Positions 62,630 to 64,000 of a DNA stretch of 64,000 nucleotides are shown here, one piece after another. Positions within the stretch are counted from its first letter, which is position 1. Each line of letters begins with the position of its first letter. Both the position numbers and the translations under genes were made by a program. The notes under the pieces are model-generated. The model searched no databases. It was not told the DNA's origin and was given only the letters and a program-made list of their open reading frames with translations. The DNA comes from Utricularia gibba (Eukaryota > Plantae > Magnoliophyta), in the NCBI GenBank assembly GCA_002189035.1, contig NEEC01000004.1:3348001-3412000 (forward strand), read 5' to 3'.

Positions 62630-64000
62630 ATGCGTTCCGCTGGATTTTTGAAACCCTCTTCTTCTCATCCTAATCCCTCCACGGGTTTCTGCTCTTCGTT
62701 CGTCCCCTTTGCAACTTCCTCCCCCTTTCAGTTCTCGAAAACGAAATGGGCAGAAGATCTAGCGCACTGAACATCCTGCAATCCACTCCAAATATTTAAT
62801 TCCGGAAGAATATATCATTTCTCAAACTAGGGATGGTCAGATTCCTTGGGGATCTGGGGAAAGGCCTCTTCCCCGTTTTAGTCTCCCCATCCCCATTGCC
62901 TATTTAGAAAGCGGCCTCCGATTTCTGCTCCATCCTCTACTTGTTCAGTTTCTTCATATGTTTGCAACCCCCCTCTATTGCCTAGCCCTGAATTTGATCT
63001 TCTACTTTATTGCCTTCTTGTTCTACTCGGCGGGTATGGATCTAACAATGACCTCGATGGTTTTTTTTTTCAACTCTTCAAAGTTGCAGTCAGAAAAGCT
63101 AAGTCGCTGATGCATGAGCGTGCTCACTTTCAATTTCACCAGTTCGAAGATCATCCCGATTTCATCGTTAAACCTCCCGATACCCATCATGATTGGTGGT
63201 CTTCCTTTATTTGGGTGGCTCCCCCCATAGGAGCTAGATGGAACTTCCCGATTAAGCCTCCTGGTCCCTTTGAGGTTAAACCATCTGGCCGCTTTCGCCC
63301 TTCTAACGATTCTCGAAGAGATGTGTATCGGAGGCTCAGCGAATGCTCTGTGAAATACGAGTCCCAGTCACATTCGGGGGGGGGGGGGGCATGGTCCGAT
63401 TTCATCATTCCCCCCGGTTCTGAGTTAGAATTTTGTCATCTCTTTCAATCTCCACCCAATATCCCTGTTATTTCTGGTACACCTCCCACTTCTGATTCGA
63501 TAAATCCATTTCCCTCAGATCTGGTTCCCGAATCTTCTGTTTGCCCTTCGCCTCAAAAGAAAAGAAAAAGAGTTAAGGTTCACACACAGAAACCTTCTAA
63601 AAGGCACAAAGGTAGTTATGTTCTGCCACCCTGAATTGTAATGCCTTTATCGTGTTTCACCGCCTTTCCAACTTTCGCATGCAGCTGAAGAGATGGTACG
63701 ACGGAGTGCCCTGGAGGACTCAGTAATGGCCCGTTTCTTAGTTGAGATGCAGAGGATGTGGGTGCCCGAGGTGACCTCTTCCGCACAGGTTTGTTTTTCC
63801 GTATATTGATTTCAAATTCCCGAGTCTGACCCATTTCATTTCTTCCTCTAGGCCGGTTTTCCAGAAGTTCAGCCAAATGCTGTCGATTTGACTGTGGAAG
63901 GAGGCCGGGTAATTGGGGTTCCTGAGATTTGGGAAAAGGAAGCTGTCTCCCTCGCCAACACCTGCCGAAAGTCCAGCTCTCGGCGTGAGCCCCTTTTTCG
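62630..64000 (+). pseudogene. Antisense additional gene of the Tat element (Transposase_28-like), spliced, with frameshifts in its 5' part
   Basis: SKYLIPEEY, YLESGLRFLLHPLLVQFLHMF, HHDWWSSFIWVAPP. TATAAATA at 62458-62465. GT-AG introns 63612-63684 and 63789-63851 keep the frame open to the window end. Confidence 0.72.

Larger units (their letters stand above)
61702..64000 (-). mobile_element. 3' end of a Tat/Retand-type Ty3/gypsy element (continues beyond the window)
   Basis: Candidate LTR 61702-62235 with a PPT on the minus strand, plus an antisense Transposase_28-like ORF in the 3' internal region. GC-richer than its flanks. The second LTR and TSD lie outside the window. Confidence 0.7.

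Noticed and set aside
1-64000. CRISPR arrays, tRNA or rRNA genes
   Set aside because: No regularly spaced repeat-spacer array or tRNA/rRNA signature seen; the only tRNA-related sequence is the retrotransposon PBS.

Overview
Plant nuclear DNA (probably a eudicot; species not determined): intron-containing host genes interleaved with nested, decayed transposons. No rRNA, tRNA or CRISPR array was recognised. Host genes: an HD-ZIP IV (ATML1/PDF2-type) gene running off the left edge (-), BMS1 (+), a monoacylglycerol-lipase-like hydrolase (-), RRP46 (+), a JINGUBANG-like WD40 gene (+) and a second alpha/beta hydrolase (+). About 3.5-31.8 kb is a TE block: an Athila-type gypsy element A (4816-15644, TSD GTATT) with a nested solo LTR (TSD CCGTT), a pol-deleted Athila-type element B (24331-31514, TSD CATAC), and copia, hAT, Tat and gag-protease relics. 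B-type LTRs recur at five loci. A Tat/Retand element begins at 61702 and carries an antisense gene with its own TATA box and two predicted introns. The most unusual item is a decayed gene at about 51.6-54.6 kb that appears to join a homologue of that antisense protein (Transposase_28-like) to an FCP1/NIF-type HAD phosphatase domain, later split by a solo LTR (TSD GCACT). BMS1 has an AT-AC minor-spliceosome (U12) intron and a 1-nt frameshift in a G run; RRP46 has a GT-AG U12 intron. All family assignments come from by-eye motif recognition; no database searches were run.
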